From NCBI GenBank assembly GCA_028534125.1, contig CM052832.1:14758001-14822000 (forward strand): DNA of 64,000 nt, in the 5' to 3' direction. Below are positions 49,969 through 61,720 of the stretch, piece after piece. The notes beneath the pieces are model-generated. The model saw nothing but the letters and a program-made list of their open reading frames with translations, did no database searches and was not told where the DNA came from. The first letter of the stretch is position 1. The number at the start of each line of letters is the position of its first letter. This DNA is from Lama glama. Lineage: Eukaryota. The position numbers were made by a program, and so were the translations under genes.

Positions 49969-50246
49969 CTGAGACACAGAGAGAGGACCCAGCATGAATG
50001 GCCACCCACCTTATCCTTAGGGCTGCCCACTCCTCCCACCCAGAGCCCTGACCCCAAATTCCACCAAGGTTGGAGCAGAAATGGGCCCTGTAAGAAGGGG
50101 TCCAGAGCCAGTGACTCTCACTGACAGCTCTTCAAACAGATGTGAGGCAGGACTATTAGCATTACTCAGCTCTTGAGTGAGGAGGTGCTGAAGGAGACCC
50201 CATCTGAGAGGAGCAATACCACTCAGTGATTCAGCGTGAGGGTTCT

Positions 50247-50560
50247 AGTACTAGGGAAGTTCTGTGCAGCATGATAAATAGAACTAACACTGCTGTGTGT
50301 TATCTATGAAAGTCAAGACAATAAATCTTGAGTTCTGTCACCACCAAGAAAAAAAAATCAGTTTCTAATTCTTTAACTTTGAATCTCTGAGAGGAAGGAT
50401 GCTCACTAAACTTATTGTGGTAATCATTTCTGATGTATAGAAGTCAAATCGTTCTGCTGTACACCTTAAACTTATACAGTGCTGTATGTCAATTATATCT
50501 CAATAAAACTGGAAGAAAAAAAAGGAAATGAGAACAAGGCAAATATATATATCAAATGAA
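50247..50560 (+). mobile_element. Relatively well-preserved L1 3' fragment inserted into a MIR
   Basis: L1 3' end ctgtacaccttaaacttatacagtgctgtatgtcaattatatctcaataaaactgg plus an A-run, flanked by the exact repeat TGAGGGTTCT (50237-50246 and 50561-50570). The MIR continues to ~50790. Confidence 0.75.
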
Positions 50561-50915
50561 TGAGGGTTCTGGAGCCAGACCTCTGGGGCATCATATCTTG
50601 GCTCTAAGGCTTACTAACTAGCTATGTGACCTTGGGAAAGTCACTTAACCTCTCTGGGTTTCAGATTCTCCATCTGTAAAATAGGAGTATTTACATACTT
50701 CTCAGTGTTGGGATACTTCAATGAATTAACATACGGAAAATGCTTAGAAGAGTGCCCGGCACACAGTAGGTGCTCTCACAGGACAGCTACCACTGTCTTT
50801 GAGAGGAGCATGAGGTTGCTGTGACTTTGACCATTTCTTGTCTCCTGAGACAAAACTCAGCTGTCCCCAGGTGTGGACCCCTCCGGCCCCCAGAAGCTCC
50901 ATAGGAGGCACTCAC

Positions 50916-51043
50916 CTGCCACGGTCCCCAGCCTGGGATGTGGACTCCACCACCCCCGTGGCATTGGTCAGCGCTACCCCCTCTGCCTTCTTGGGCTGTT
51001 TCTCCTTCTTGGTGGTGGTGTGAGGGAGGTCTGGGTTCCACTC
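50916..51043 (-). CDS. PACSIN1: PACSIN1 linker exon (EWNPDLPHTTTKKEKQPKKAEGVALTNATGVVESTSQAGDRG)
   Basis: ccaccag|GAG acceptor and CAG|GTGAGT donor; 128 nt. Confidence 0.95.
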
Positions 51044-51141
51044 CTGGTGGGTACCAGGGGAGCGGTCAGGCTTGGGGGCTGCCCCCTTGAGGCCCCTTCC
51101 AGACTTTCAGACTTCACTTCCCCATCCCCACACCTCCTCAC

Positions 51142-51262
51142 CTCAAACTGGGGCCAATTCATGGGCATGCCAGGGCCGCTGGTGCTGCGGAACCATCTGA
51201 GGTCATCCTGGGCGTCGGCCCCGCGGATGGCCTGCTCCAGCTCCCGGTACACGTGGACATAG
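51142..51262 (-). CDS. PACSIN1: PACSIN1 exon (YVHVYRELEQAIRGADAQDDLRWFRSTSGPGMPMNWPQFE)
   Basis: gcacag|C acceptor and GAG|GTGAGG donor; 121 nt; PACSIN GPGMPMNWPQFE motif. Confidence 0.97.
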
Positions 51263-51666
51263 CTGTGCACAGGGGAGACGAGGCAGTGCAGGGCAAGACG
51301 CATCATAGCCCCTTCTCAGCTTTGGTGAGGGCTGGAGCCCATTTTGGGAACCAGGTTGCTGGCCTGTCCCTTGCTGGGAATCAGGCAGCTTCCAAAAGGA
51401 TCAATCTCAGTGGGTGGCTCCAGGCCTGTCCAGGGGGCACCCTTCTCCATCCTCACCTTAGCCACTCACCCATCCATCCAAGCATGTTTCCTGAGTATCT
51501 GGTGTGCTCACACCTGGGCAGCCACTCTGTTTGGAGCCTCGTCCCTCTCGGCCCCTGCAGCTCTGCCCTCCTCTTCCCATCACTCTAATAGGACCCTGAA
51601 GGCCCTGCACACCAGCACTACCCTTTGCCTCCTCTGCCTGTGCCCACATGCTGCACGCCCGGCTAC

Positions 51667-51842
51667 CTGCTATTCTCAGCGAGGTTGAGGTGACGTTTGA
51701 TGTCCAGCAGCACCTCCTTGAGAAAGACCAGCCGTTTTTCCTCAAATTGCTGGCACTGCTCAAACACCTGCTCCATGCCCTCCATGTACTGGGGAGTGGT
51801 CTTGCCCACATCTTCCAGCACCTTCTCATACTTCTCCTGTGT
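51667..51842 (-). CDS. PACSIN1: PACSIN1 F-BAR exon ([58 protein letters not shown])
   Basis: ctatag|ACA acceptor and CAG|GTAGCC donor; 176 nt. Confidence 0.96.
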
Positions 51843-51939
51843 CTATAGGCACCGGGGCAAAGGGAGGGTGAGACCCAGGCCTGCAGCTCCCAGCCACCAC
51901 CCGCTCCAAGGGGCCCTCAGACCCCAGCCCGGGCGGCAC

Positions 51940-52095
51940 CTTCTGAACATCCTGCTTGCACTTGTCCACTTTGTCCTGCAGCTTCTTTTGCTGCTCAGGT
52001 GTGACCGACTGCTCCGTCTTGCTATTCATCTCCCGGGTCATAGCCAGCTTCTCCTCTTTGCAGGCCAGATGGTAGGCCTTCTTGGCTGCCTCTAG
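51940..52095 (-). CDS. PACSIN1: PACSIN1 F-BAR exon ([52 protein letters not shown])
   Basis: cacag|CTA acceptor and AAG|GTGCCG donor; 156 nt. Confidence 0.96.
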
Positions 52096-52500
52096 CTGTG
52101 GGGAGAGGGAGTGGGGGCAGGGCTCCTACTTGCAAGCAGGAGCAAATGTGGTCGCTCTCAGCCCCTCCCGCCTGCCCATCCTACTGGGAGCTGTGAGCAC
52201 ACATTCTCAGAGACAGGAGGGATGTAGCCCTGGCTCCAGGTATAGGGAGCAGTGCCCACCTGTCTGGCTGTTTCCCTGCACTACCTGTTGTCCCTACAGA
52301 CACCCTCCTGTAGGGCATCACAGTGCCTGCCCTGTCTGTGGGTATGTCTTCCTGGCAGGCAGTGTTGCACCCCTGTGGGCACAATCCCAGCAGGCAGTGC
52401 GCTGTCCACCCCGTCTGTAGACACCCTCCCTCTGATCAGACTGCCCCTCTGAGCCCAGCCGCCCAGCCTCATCCCTCTGGGGCAGCCGCCCACCAGGCAC

Positions 52501-52736
52501 CTCCTTCATCTTCTTGGCCCAGGGCTTTTGGGCCTTGCGGAAGCCGTCTTCAGCCTCCTTGGTCTCCTTGAAGCCGCCCATGATCTGCTTGTGATAGGCA
52601 TCCTTCTGCCAGTTCTTGACCTTCTCCAGGTCCTCGTTCAACAGGTTGTTCTTCACCTCCTGATGCAGTTCGCTCACCTTGTCCGCCTCCGTCATTATGG
52701 CACCCCAGGCCCGCTCCAGGCTGCCATACTGTGGGC
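52501..52736 (-). CDS. PACSIN1: PACSIN1 F-BAR exon with wedge loop ([24 protein letters not shown]…[31 protein letters not shown])
   Basis: cctcag|GC acceptor and GAG|GTGCCT donor; 236 nt. Confidence 0.97.
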
Positions 52737-53164
52737 CTGAGGAAATGGCCGTGAGGTCACCAGGCCCTCATCACCTCCTGCCCAGAGCACCCCCTCTTAG
52801 GCCTCCTTTCTTTGAGGCTTTCTCCATACTTCCCGTGGCAGCAGTAATGCCCTCCTTTGTTCTCTCTATAGTTTTATCATCCTCCAGGACCCAAGTACAG
52901 CCACCTCCTCCAGGAAGCCATCTCTGAATACCTCGGCCTGCAGCCCTTGTGAATTCTTCCTAGAGCATCTGTTTCTGGGCCTACTTTCTGTCTCCCCCAT
53001 CAGCTGTGAGCCCCATGGGGTGCAGCCTGGACCCCATGAGCTCTCACAAGCCAGCCCAGCACCAGGCACAGAGTTGGTGCTCCAGGAATGTTGGCTAAAT
53101 GTTAAACTAGAGAACCAGCTGGTAACAGATGACAGGAAGCCATTGGGACCAGACATTCCACAGG

Positions 53165-53470
53165 ATCCTCGAACAGCGCAAACATTTGCTGTAATAAAAT
53201 TTGTGTGTGGGCCATTTCAAATGCCCCGAATTTGATAGTCGAACTATGGTTACACAAATTGTTCTTATTCTTTAGAGATACATGAAGAATTTAGGGTGAA
53301 GGGGCATGTCTCCAACTTAAATGGTTCAGAAAAGATATGTAAGTAAACATAGAGGGAGTGAGAAAACAAAGGTAGTAAAATAGGAGCTGGTGAATCTGGG
53401 TGAAATGTATGTAGTTCTCGGCACTAATCTAGCAACTTTTCTCTAAGCTTAGATTATTTCAAAATAAAAG
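53165..53470 (+). mobile_element. Ancient L1 (L1M-type) 3' fragment
   Basis: ggtgaatctgggtgaaatgtatgtagttctcggcactaatctagcaacttttctctaagcttagattatttcaaaataaaa is a typical L1M 3' end. Confidence 0.65.
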
Positions 53471-53589
53471 GGGTTTTTTCCCTTAAATCCAACCTAAAAT
53501 TGCACGAAGTAGAGCTGAACGGGCACAGGAGTCCTGCTGGGTTTGGGAGGGAAGAGTGCAGGTGAGGGGCCAGCTGCAAAGGCCCTGTG

Positions 53590-54050
<461 letters not shown>

Positions 54051-54774
54051 CCCTCATTCCACTTTAAACATAATTTCCTCGCTGCCACAAAGTGCAGAAG
54101 GATTTTTAGAATTTGGACTTGGACGTGAATGAATTATTCATTTTGTTCTTGTGAGCTAAATCTATTAGATTTATATAGAGTCATATAAGCGTTGAGTTGA
54201 GCTGCAGCTTCTTGACACAATATTATGTTTTGTAGACACCTCATTAAACACTTATTAATTTAGGTTTGGCAGTTTTCGCTTTGAGTTTCGGAAGCCAATG
54301 GAAAATTTCTTTCTGGGTCTCAACTATTTGGGGAGGCTCATGCAATGCTGGCATGTCTCCACCTGTTTGTTGCTGTGGGGCTCCCTGAACTCACACTTCT
54401 CTGTGGCTGGTGCTCCACCCACTGCCCACTTCACAGTGTTGGGGTAGGGCGCAGCTGTGAAAGCCTGTGTAAGTTGTAAAGTGCTGCACCTGCCCATGTG
54501 AAGGGCGAGGAGTCGGAGCCTGGGCCCCCAGAGCAGAGGGCCAGGAGGGCCCTGTTACATATCATAAATGCACAGAATTTAGGGGCAGCTGTGGGGCAGA
54601 AGGGCTCCAGGCTCAGGGCCTATAGTAGCCACTTCACAGCAACAACTGCCTATTGGACATAGAGGGCTTTGGAGGGACCCAAGGGGCTGGGAAGCAAGGC
54701 CTAAGATCATGGGTGGGTGGGAGCCTGGGCTTCCAAGCAGCCAGGCTATCTGGTCCTCAGCATCCACGCCTTAC

Positions 54775-54837
54775 CTCCCAGAAGCTGTCAGTGGTCTCCT
54801 CTGGAGCTAGCGAGGCCTCGTCGTAGGAGCCGGACAT
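54775..54837 (-). CDS. PACSIN1: PACSIN1 first coding exon (MSGSYDEASLAPEETTDSFWE); the exon begins at 54900 with 63 nt of 5' UTR
   Basis: Kozak cacaccATG, donor GAG|GTAAGG, acceptor ctcccag|CGC. The nine exons total 1335 nt = 444 codons plus stop. Confidence 0.96.
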
Positions 54838-56809
54838 GGTGTGGCCGTGGGGGGATGGACAGGTGTGGAGCGGCGGTCAGCAGGCTGGGCTGTTCATGCG
54901 CTGGGAGGCAGAGGAGAGATCCTGTAAATGAGGGGAGTATCCCACGTGCCCCACTCCAGGCCTAGGACCCCAACTTGCAGTGGAGGCTCCATAGGCATGA
55001 GCCTTGCTTTGGAATGTGGGCTTCCTGTCCAGAGCCTGGCTCACCATCCCTAGAGTCACCCTCATGCCCACCTCCCTGGCTCTCCTCCATTAGCCCTTCA
55101 CTCCACATCCTCTCCTTCCCCTCTCCCCAAGATCCATCTTCGAGCTCGAATGTGGGCACCTCTTCTCAGAAGCCGGCCCCCACCACCAGAATGGTCTGCA
55201 TCTGTTTTTGTGTTCCTGGACTCAGAGCTAAAAGCTAGGGCCACACAATTACATATTTGCTTTATGTAAATCTGCAGTTTGCTTCATAGACACACACAGC
55301 TCTTCAAAGCCAGCCATCCAGCTTATCTTTCTGCATGTCCTGCACCTCCTCCCCAGGACCTAGCACCCTGTAGGGCCCCCTGGGGCTCAGTGAACCCCAG
55401 CTGGCTTCTCAATCTGCCCCCCTTGGCACTGCCCACCCTGACCCAGTCAGATCTTTGCCCTGAGTCCAAGAGACCCATCTCAGCTTCCCTACCCCCACCC
55501 CCAATCAACACAGAGTCACTGATCTTAGCCCCTAGAACCTCCCTGAAGCTCCCACCAGGAGCCTGGATCCGAGACCCTCGGGAAACTGGCAGCAGGCCCC
55601 CTCCCACCTTCTGCCCAGACTCAGCGCCTCCTCAGGTCTCTGAGCTGCTGGACTCCTTTAAATGCCCTTCCCTCTGCCTCGGTGCCCAGCCTCAAAGCCT
55701 CCATTAGCCGCTTACGTGTCTCCTAAGAGTCCCAGCCATGTGGCTTCCCAGCCCACAGGTCAGACCCTTGCAATCTGTGCGAGCGCCAGTGTGGCTGTGT
55801 GTGCCCTGGATCTGTCGGCAGGCATCACGGCTGTCCAATCTAGGCCGTGTGCTGCCCCAGGGCTGGGGCAGGCAGTGCCCTACTCCCATCCCCCACCCAG
55901 TTCTCACTGCCACCCCAGCAAGAAGGGCTCAGTAGCAAGCAGACAGGACCAGAGAGGCAGGAGCCTGGTCTTCAAAGGGGCAGTGAGTCCAGGCGGGGCC
56001 TGACCCCACTAGGAGACATGAGCTTTGGGCAGGTGGCACTTCCCTGCTTCTGCATAGCAGCCTCAGACACTATGAGCCCTGTCCGATGAGGACACTTGGG
56101 GAGGGCTGGCCTCTGCGAGATTCAGCACAACCAGGGGGTCCAGGAGACCTCCATCTCTTACCAACAGCTGGCTCTCAGGCTCAGGTCAGACGGCACAAAC
56201 ACGTGAGGCTCCTTAGTCAAGGGTGTTCCTCCCCTTCTCTGGCCTCAGTCTCCCCATCTGTCCGGAGGCTAGTGCTCTTTTCCCAGTAATAACCTAGTAT
56301 TGCCCCCTGGTGCCTCTCAGGCACTAAATATATTTTGTTCTTCTCGCCTTAACAAAACCTCAGACACACTTTCCCACACTCATGCACGGTGGCGGTGGGT
56401 GGGTGGGAAGACAGCTGAATTCATCAAGGGCCAAAGAAAAGAGTCTGAATTTTTTTCTTCTTAATTTGGCACTTCTCACTTGTAAAGCAGTATTTGCTTT
56501 GTAGAGAATAGTTTGAATTTAGATTTGGAGAAGTAAAAGGCAGGGACATTTAATAAAGGATTTTCAGCCAGGGTAGGATGTGACCCTGCAGCCAGAGGCC
56601 AGTCTACAACTGTTGGAGTCACAGAACTCTGCTGTTTGGGATCCCAGCATAGACAGCTAGCTGTAAGCGGACTGTCAGTGGGGCAGGGACCAGTGAGGGG
56701 TAGGGACATTCCATTATGGGATCTGATCAAAGGTCAAGCCCACCCCTGGCGGTGGGGAACCTTGACAGAGGGCAACTGGGCATTCTCTCCCATCCTTAGA
56801 GGCACACAT

Positions 56810-57240
56810 CCTTCACTCAGCAGCACCATTCCTAGGAAATTACCTTCCAGCCAGTTGGGCGAACCAATGACGCCCAGTTTTATTTATCGTAGCACTGCTT
56901 GTAAAAGCCAAGGACTGGAAACAACCCAAATGCTCATCCACTGGGACTGGTTAAGTAAATTACGGTGCAGGCCAGCCACAGAATGCTCTGGTCTTGAATG
57001 GAAGGAACCCTCCAAGCCATGTCACTAAAGCAAAACCAGCCATGTTCAGCACAGCGTGGCTGGATGATTCCATTTTTTATGGGGGGAAATACACGAGCAG
57101 AGAATATTTTTGGAAAGCTGAGTAAGGGTGGTTGCCTTTGGGGAACTGGGTGGCTGGGGTGGGGGGAGGGATTTTTCACCATGGGTCCCGTTATGCCTTT
57201 TAGATGTTGCCTAGTGTGCATATATTGCATATTTTTAAAG
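56810..57240 (+). mobile_element. Ancient L1 (L1ME-like) fragment
   Basis: cagcaccattcctaggaaattacc…actggaaacaacccaaatgctcatccactgggactggttaagtaaattacggt resembles the L1 ORF2 end/3' UTR. Confidence 0.65.
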
Positions 57241-58599
57241 CTTCTCCAGCTGTTGGAGGAGAGCTGAGGGAGCTGGGAACCAGGTGCGAGGGTGCCTATG
57301 AAGCAGGGAGGGAGGGGACAGAGGAGCACAGACCTGGCAAGTCAGGCTAGAAGGGAATGAATGATGGCAGAGACCACGCTCCACCTTGTCCAGATCCAGG
57401 GAGGATGGGACTTACTGCAGTCCCCCTGCTGGGTGCAGGCAGGTACTCCCTGGCTTCCAGCTGAAAGTAGCATGTGTAGTAGAAATAGCTCTAGCCTTGG
57501 ATCCCTGCTCAGCTGCCAAATTGCTGTGTGACGCTGGGCAATTCACATGGCCTTGCTGTGAAACGGAGATGAGGCAACCTGATTTAAGGATGAGATGAGA
57601 CAGTGAGGGTCCAGCCCACTGTAACCCAGGGAGAGACCCCCACAAAGGTGGCTCAGGAAGCTAGGCAGGCAGTGTTAGGGAGGGGAGATGGGAGGGGGCA
57701 TGTGGGCCCCTCATCACCACATGGCCAGACCCACCAGCCCGCCCTGCCCCTACCTCCTCCAAATCGGCCTCACACCCCCACCCAGGGGGCAGGTGGGAGG
57801 TTCAATGCTGACAAATGCCAGGTCTTTCCTGAATGGTGGTCAATAGCTGCTTCCACTCACAGCACCGCATCTCAGAGTTAGGAAGCAGGTGTGGCCGCAA
57901 CCTGCGGCTCCTGGTGGATGAACCTGACAGGCCCCTAGCTTTCCCCAGCCCATCACATGGGCATAGCGCCATCCAACTCCCCTCACTTGTGGTGGTACTG
58001 CTACCGCAGCCCTGCAAGCCCTTAATCATTAATAACAATAGCTGGTATTTAGGGAGCACATACTCGGTGCCAAGGACTGTTCACATGTCTTAATTCATCT
58101 CATCTTCATCACAGCCCTGTGAGTGGGGCTCTTATTACCCCTCCACTGCAGATGAGAGCCCAGGGGCTGAGACATGACTGAAAGAGCCTGTCAGATCTCA
58201 CTATTGATTCGTCACCTCTGTCACTGTCATGGGGGTGGGAATCCCAGATCAGGGTGGGCCCCCTCTTCTGTAGCGCTGGGGAAGGTGCCAGGCAGAGCCG
58301 GCTCCAGCTCTACCACTCACTAGGGAGACACAGCTGAGTCTCATCATGGGGGTCTCAGTTTTCTAACTCATCCGATGGGGAAACAATAGCTGAGTTTTGA
58401 AGATCAAATGATAAAAGGGTAATAAGCTCTTTTTGAAAAACACAGACTACTATGGAAAGCTGAAGTTTCAGTGCTGGCCTTGACCTTGCCTTTAGGGAGA
58501 AAGGAGCCCCAGGGTGAAAGGTGTTCTGTTGACCCCCGACTTAGAGACAGGACAGAGGAATTAAAAGCACAAGCCCAGAGAGGGTAGGCCCACCTGTGC

Positions 58600-59185
58600 T
58601 ACCCCTACGGCCCCTGCCCAGTCTCCTCCCTATGCAGCAGCCAGAGGGAAACTGGTCAAAGCTAAGTTCAACCCTGCCAGTGTGCTATTCAGATTCCTAC
58701 CAGGGTTCCCCATTTCTACCAAGTAAAAGTCCAGTTCCTTGCCAGGAGGCCCTGCATGACCTGCTGTCCCACCCCTCACTCCTCTGTTCTCACCTCCTGC
58801 CATTCTCACTCTCCGCCAGCTACACTGACTTCCTTGCCATTCTAACCCCAGGGCCTTTGCACCTGCTAGGAATGGTTCTCCACACCACCCCTACACTGAG
58901 ATTTCTGCTCAAATGTCCTGACCTCCCCTCATTTCAACTTGCAACCCTGGCCCTCCCTCTTCTCCCTTTCCTCACTTTATCTTTCTCCGCAGCACATGTC
59001 ACCACACGACGGGCTCTCAACTGCACAGTACTCATCACACTCAGTGTCTTCCTTTCCCACTGGAATGTCTACTCTGCAAGGCTAGCGACTTTTGTCTGAG
59101 TCTCTGTGGTATTTTCAACATCCAGAGCTGTGCCTGGTGCACAGCAAGTGCATGGTACTTATTTATTGAATGAATGAATAAATGC
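58600..59185 (+). mobile_element. LINE-2 (L2) fragment
   Basis: ccagggcctttgcacctgct…tgcctggtgcacagcaag…ttattgaatgaatgaat tail. Confidence 0.75.
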
Positions 59186-60344
59186 CAAGGACCTTCTGGA
59201 ACATTCATTAAATAGCAGAAACACTGAATTCTGTACCCTAGACCCAAACATAGTCACCTGCACACAGTCAGTGCTCAATAAATGTTGATAATCATGGTGA
59301 TACAACCAAGAGCCAGAATCCCATAAGAGGTGGGTCCCAAATCCCACCTGTCCTCTGTTTCCAGGACTCCTTCCTCTCCTTTTAGTCGACCCCTAGGGTC
59401 CAGTCCAGGGGCTCTTTCTCCCTGATGCCCCATGATGGTTCTGCCCTCAGGATGGTGCCCTCCCTCCTCAGGGATCCTGCAGCACAGACAGAGGAGGATC
59501 AGCAGCCTCGGGCTGTTATGTTATCCCTCTCTTCACTCACCCTTCGTATTAACTACAACCATTGTTGAGTACCTACTATGTGCCAGCCTCTTGATACGCT
59601 TTATTTCTAATCCTTATAACAATCCATTAAGATGGGCAGTGACTTCCCTGCCTTCTCTGAGACTCAAGAGAGGTTGAATAACTTGTCCAGGGTCACACAT
59701 CAGGGAGGAGACAGCGGCAGACCCAGACTGTTGACACAGAATCAGGTGCCCAGTCCAGAGCCAGTACTCCATGGGTGTCACCCCCACCCTCCTGACCTAA
59801 GATGTTCTTCCCAGGGACCAGCTCAGCTGGCAGGGCCATGGGATGCCAGAACTGGCTCCCCCTCACGCAGAGTGGGTCTCAGGTCCCACATACGTTCCCA
59901 GCAGCTCCCTGGCTCCTCACCTCACCCAGAGATGGATGGGCTCACTGTGTCTGACATGGGTCCACACGAAGACTCTCACCAGCCTCTGCTGAGGCTTCAG
60001 ATACAGCTGGAAGGATCCAGGTTAGCTGGAATATGCTGTCCTTCCACGCACACCCCTGCCCACAATGCATACCCCAAGCTCATTCTAGCCTCTGCTCCTT
60101 TGCTCACACCTTCCCTCCTGCCTGTGGTGCACGCCATCCTCCCCATCATTGACCACCTCTCCCCAAAATAACCCTGCTTCCCTTCAAGGGCCAGCTCAGT
60201 ACCACAAATATCCCAGCCATTGCCTACCTCACCCCCACACCCTGGTGCGGTTCCTAGTCACTCCCTGCCATCAGCCACGTGCTGCTGCTTCAGACTGGCA
60301 GCCCACTCTCCTGACACGCACAGCAACTCCCACCAGATTAGCAC

Positions 60345-60570
60345 TAAGAACAGATTAGTTAAGAGCCCTGACATGGGGCCAACAGCACAACTAGGTTCAA
60401 ATTTCGACTCTGCCTTTTTACTGGCTGTGTGACTTTGGCAAATTGCTTAAACTCCCTGTGCCTCAGTTTCCTCATCTGCAAAACAGAGGTGATGATACTA
60501 CTAACTCCATGGGGTTGGGGTGAGGGTGAAATGAGTAGCCACAGGAAGCACCAGGTTAACTGTTATTAAT
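60345..60570 (+). mobile_element. MIR SINE
   Basis: ggttcaaatttcgactctgcc…gctgtgtgactttggcaaattgcttaaactccctgtgcctcagtttcctcatctgcaaaa. Many other MIR fragments are present but not listed. Confidence 0.8.
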
Positions 60571-60671
60571 ACTACAGGTGTTATTACCCACACTTCTCAT
60601 AGCTGCAGAGCTTTCAAACCAGCCTCTCATCTGGAGACTGCCCTTTTAGGGCTAAGACCCCCACGGAGCTT

Positions 60672-61055
60672 TGCTAAGGACTGAATTGTGTCCCCCTCAA
60701 ATTCATATGTTGACACTCTATGCCCGAAAGTGACTGCATTTGAGATAGGACTTTTAGGAGGTAATTAAGATTAAATGAGGGCATAAGGGTGAGGTCCTAA
60801 TCTAATAGGATTGGTGTCCTAATAAGAGGAGGGGAGAGATGGCTCCCTCTCCCCGGGCACTTGCACTGAGGGAAGGCCACATGAACACACAGCGGGAAGG
60901 CGGCTGTCTACAAGCCAGGAAAAGAGATCTCACCAAGGACGAGATAGGCTGGCACCTTGATCTTGGACTTCCAGCCTCCAGACTATGAGAAAGAAAGATC
61001 TGTTGTTTAAGCTGCCCAATCTACGGTATTTTGTGATGGCAGCTAGAGCTGAGAC
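60672..61055 (+). mobile_element. Solo MaLR LTR (MLT1A/B-like)
   Basis: Starts tgctaaggactgaattgtgtccccctcaaattcatatgttga and contains gctggcaccttgatcttggacttccagcctccagactatgaga…tgttgtttaagc…ggtattttgtgatggcagc. Confidence 0.85.
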
Positions 61056-61094
61056 CCCCTTCCATGATGGTTGGGCCTCACTTGGGACCTCCAG

Positions 61095-61720
61095 GTCTCC
61101 AGGTCCCCTGTGAAAAGAGAGCATCCTGGCTGAGGGAACAGCCAGTGCAAAGGCCCTGAGGCAGAAGCATGGCCTCCACCTGCCATGGTTAGGAACATAA
61201 GACCCACGTGGTTAGAACAGAGTGAGTGAAGAGGAGAGGGGAAAGATAAGGTCAGGGAGGTTGACTGGGAGAGGATGCAGAAACATGAGGTCTTGTAGGT
61301 CAGAGAGAGGCCTGTGGCTTTCCCCCTCATCAAGTGAGATGAGAACCAATGTAGGGTTTGTAAGGAGGTGGGATGTGATATGACTTAGGTTTTTAAAGGA
61401 TCCCTGGCTGCTGGGGGGAAAGTGGACCATGGTGGGGCAGGCAGCTGCAGCCCTCCAGTGTGGGAAGATGGGGATCAGACCAAGGTGGTAATCCTGGGAG
61501 CAGTGAGAAGTGGGGGGGGCTGGGGGTACTGTGGGGCCAATGGGATTTGTTGATGGTTTGGATGTGCATGTGAGAGGGAGGAGGAGTCAAGAATGGCTCC
61601 AGGGTTTGGGCCTGAGCAAGCAGCTGGCAGGTGGGGAGCTGTTTCCTGAGATGGGGAGCACGGTGGGAGGAACAATTGAAGGGAGATGGGAGCCCAGTTT
61701 TGGTGCCCTGAGATGCCCTG
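61095..61720 (-). mobile_element. LINE-2 (L2) fragment
   Basis: agggaacagccagtgcaaaggccctgaggcagaagcatg…ttttaaaggatccctggctgct…agtcaagaatggctccagggtttgggcctgagcaa. Confidence 0.75.

Noticed and set aside
52399..52420. REST/RE1 site for neuronal PACSIN1 (GCGCTGTCC half-site)
   Set aside because: The partner half-site (GGTGCTGA) is absent; I found no full RE1 in the window by eye.
58021..58033. Second HNF1-like site CTTAATCATTAAT
   Set aside because: Both terminal bases mismatch, and it abuts the AT-rich tail of a MIR.
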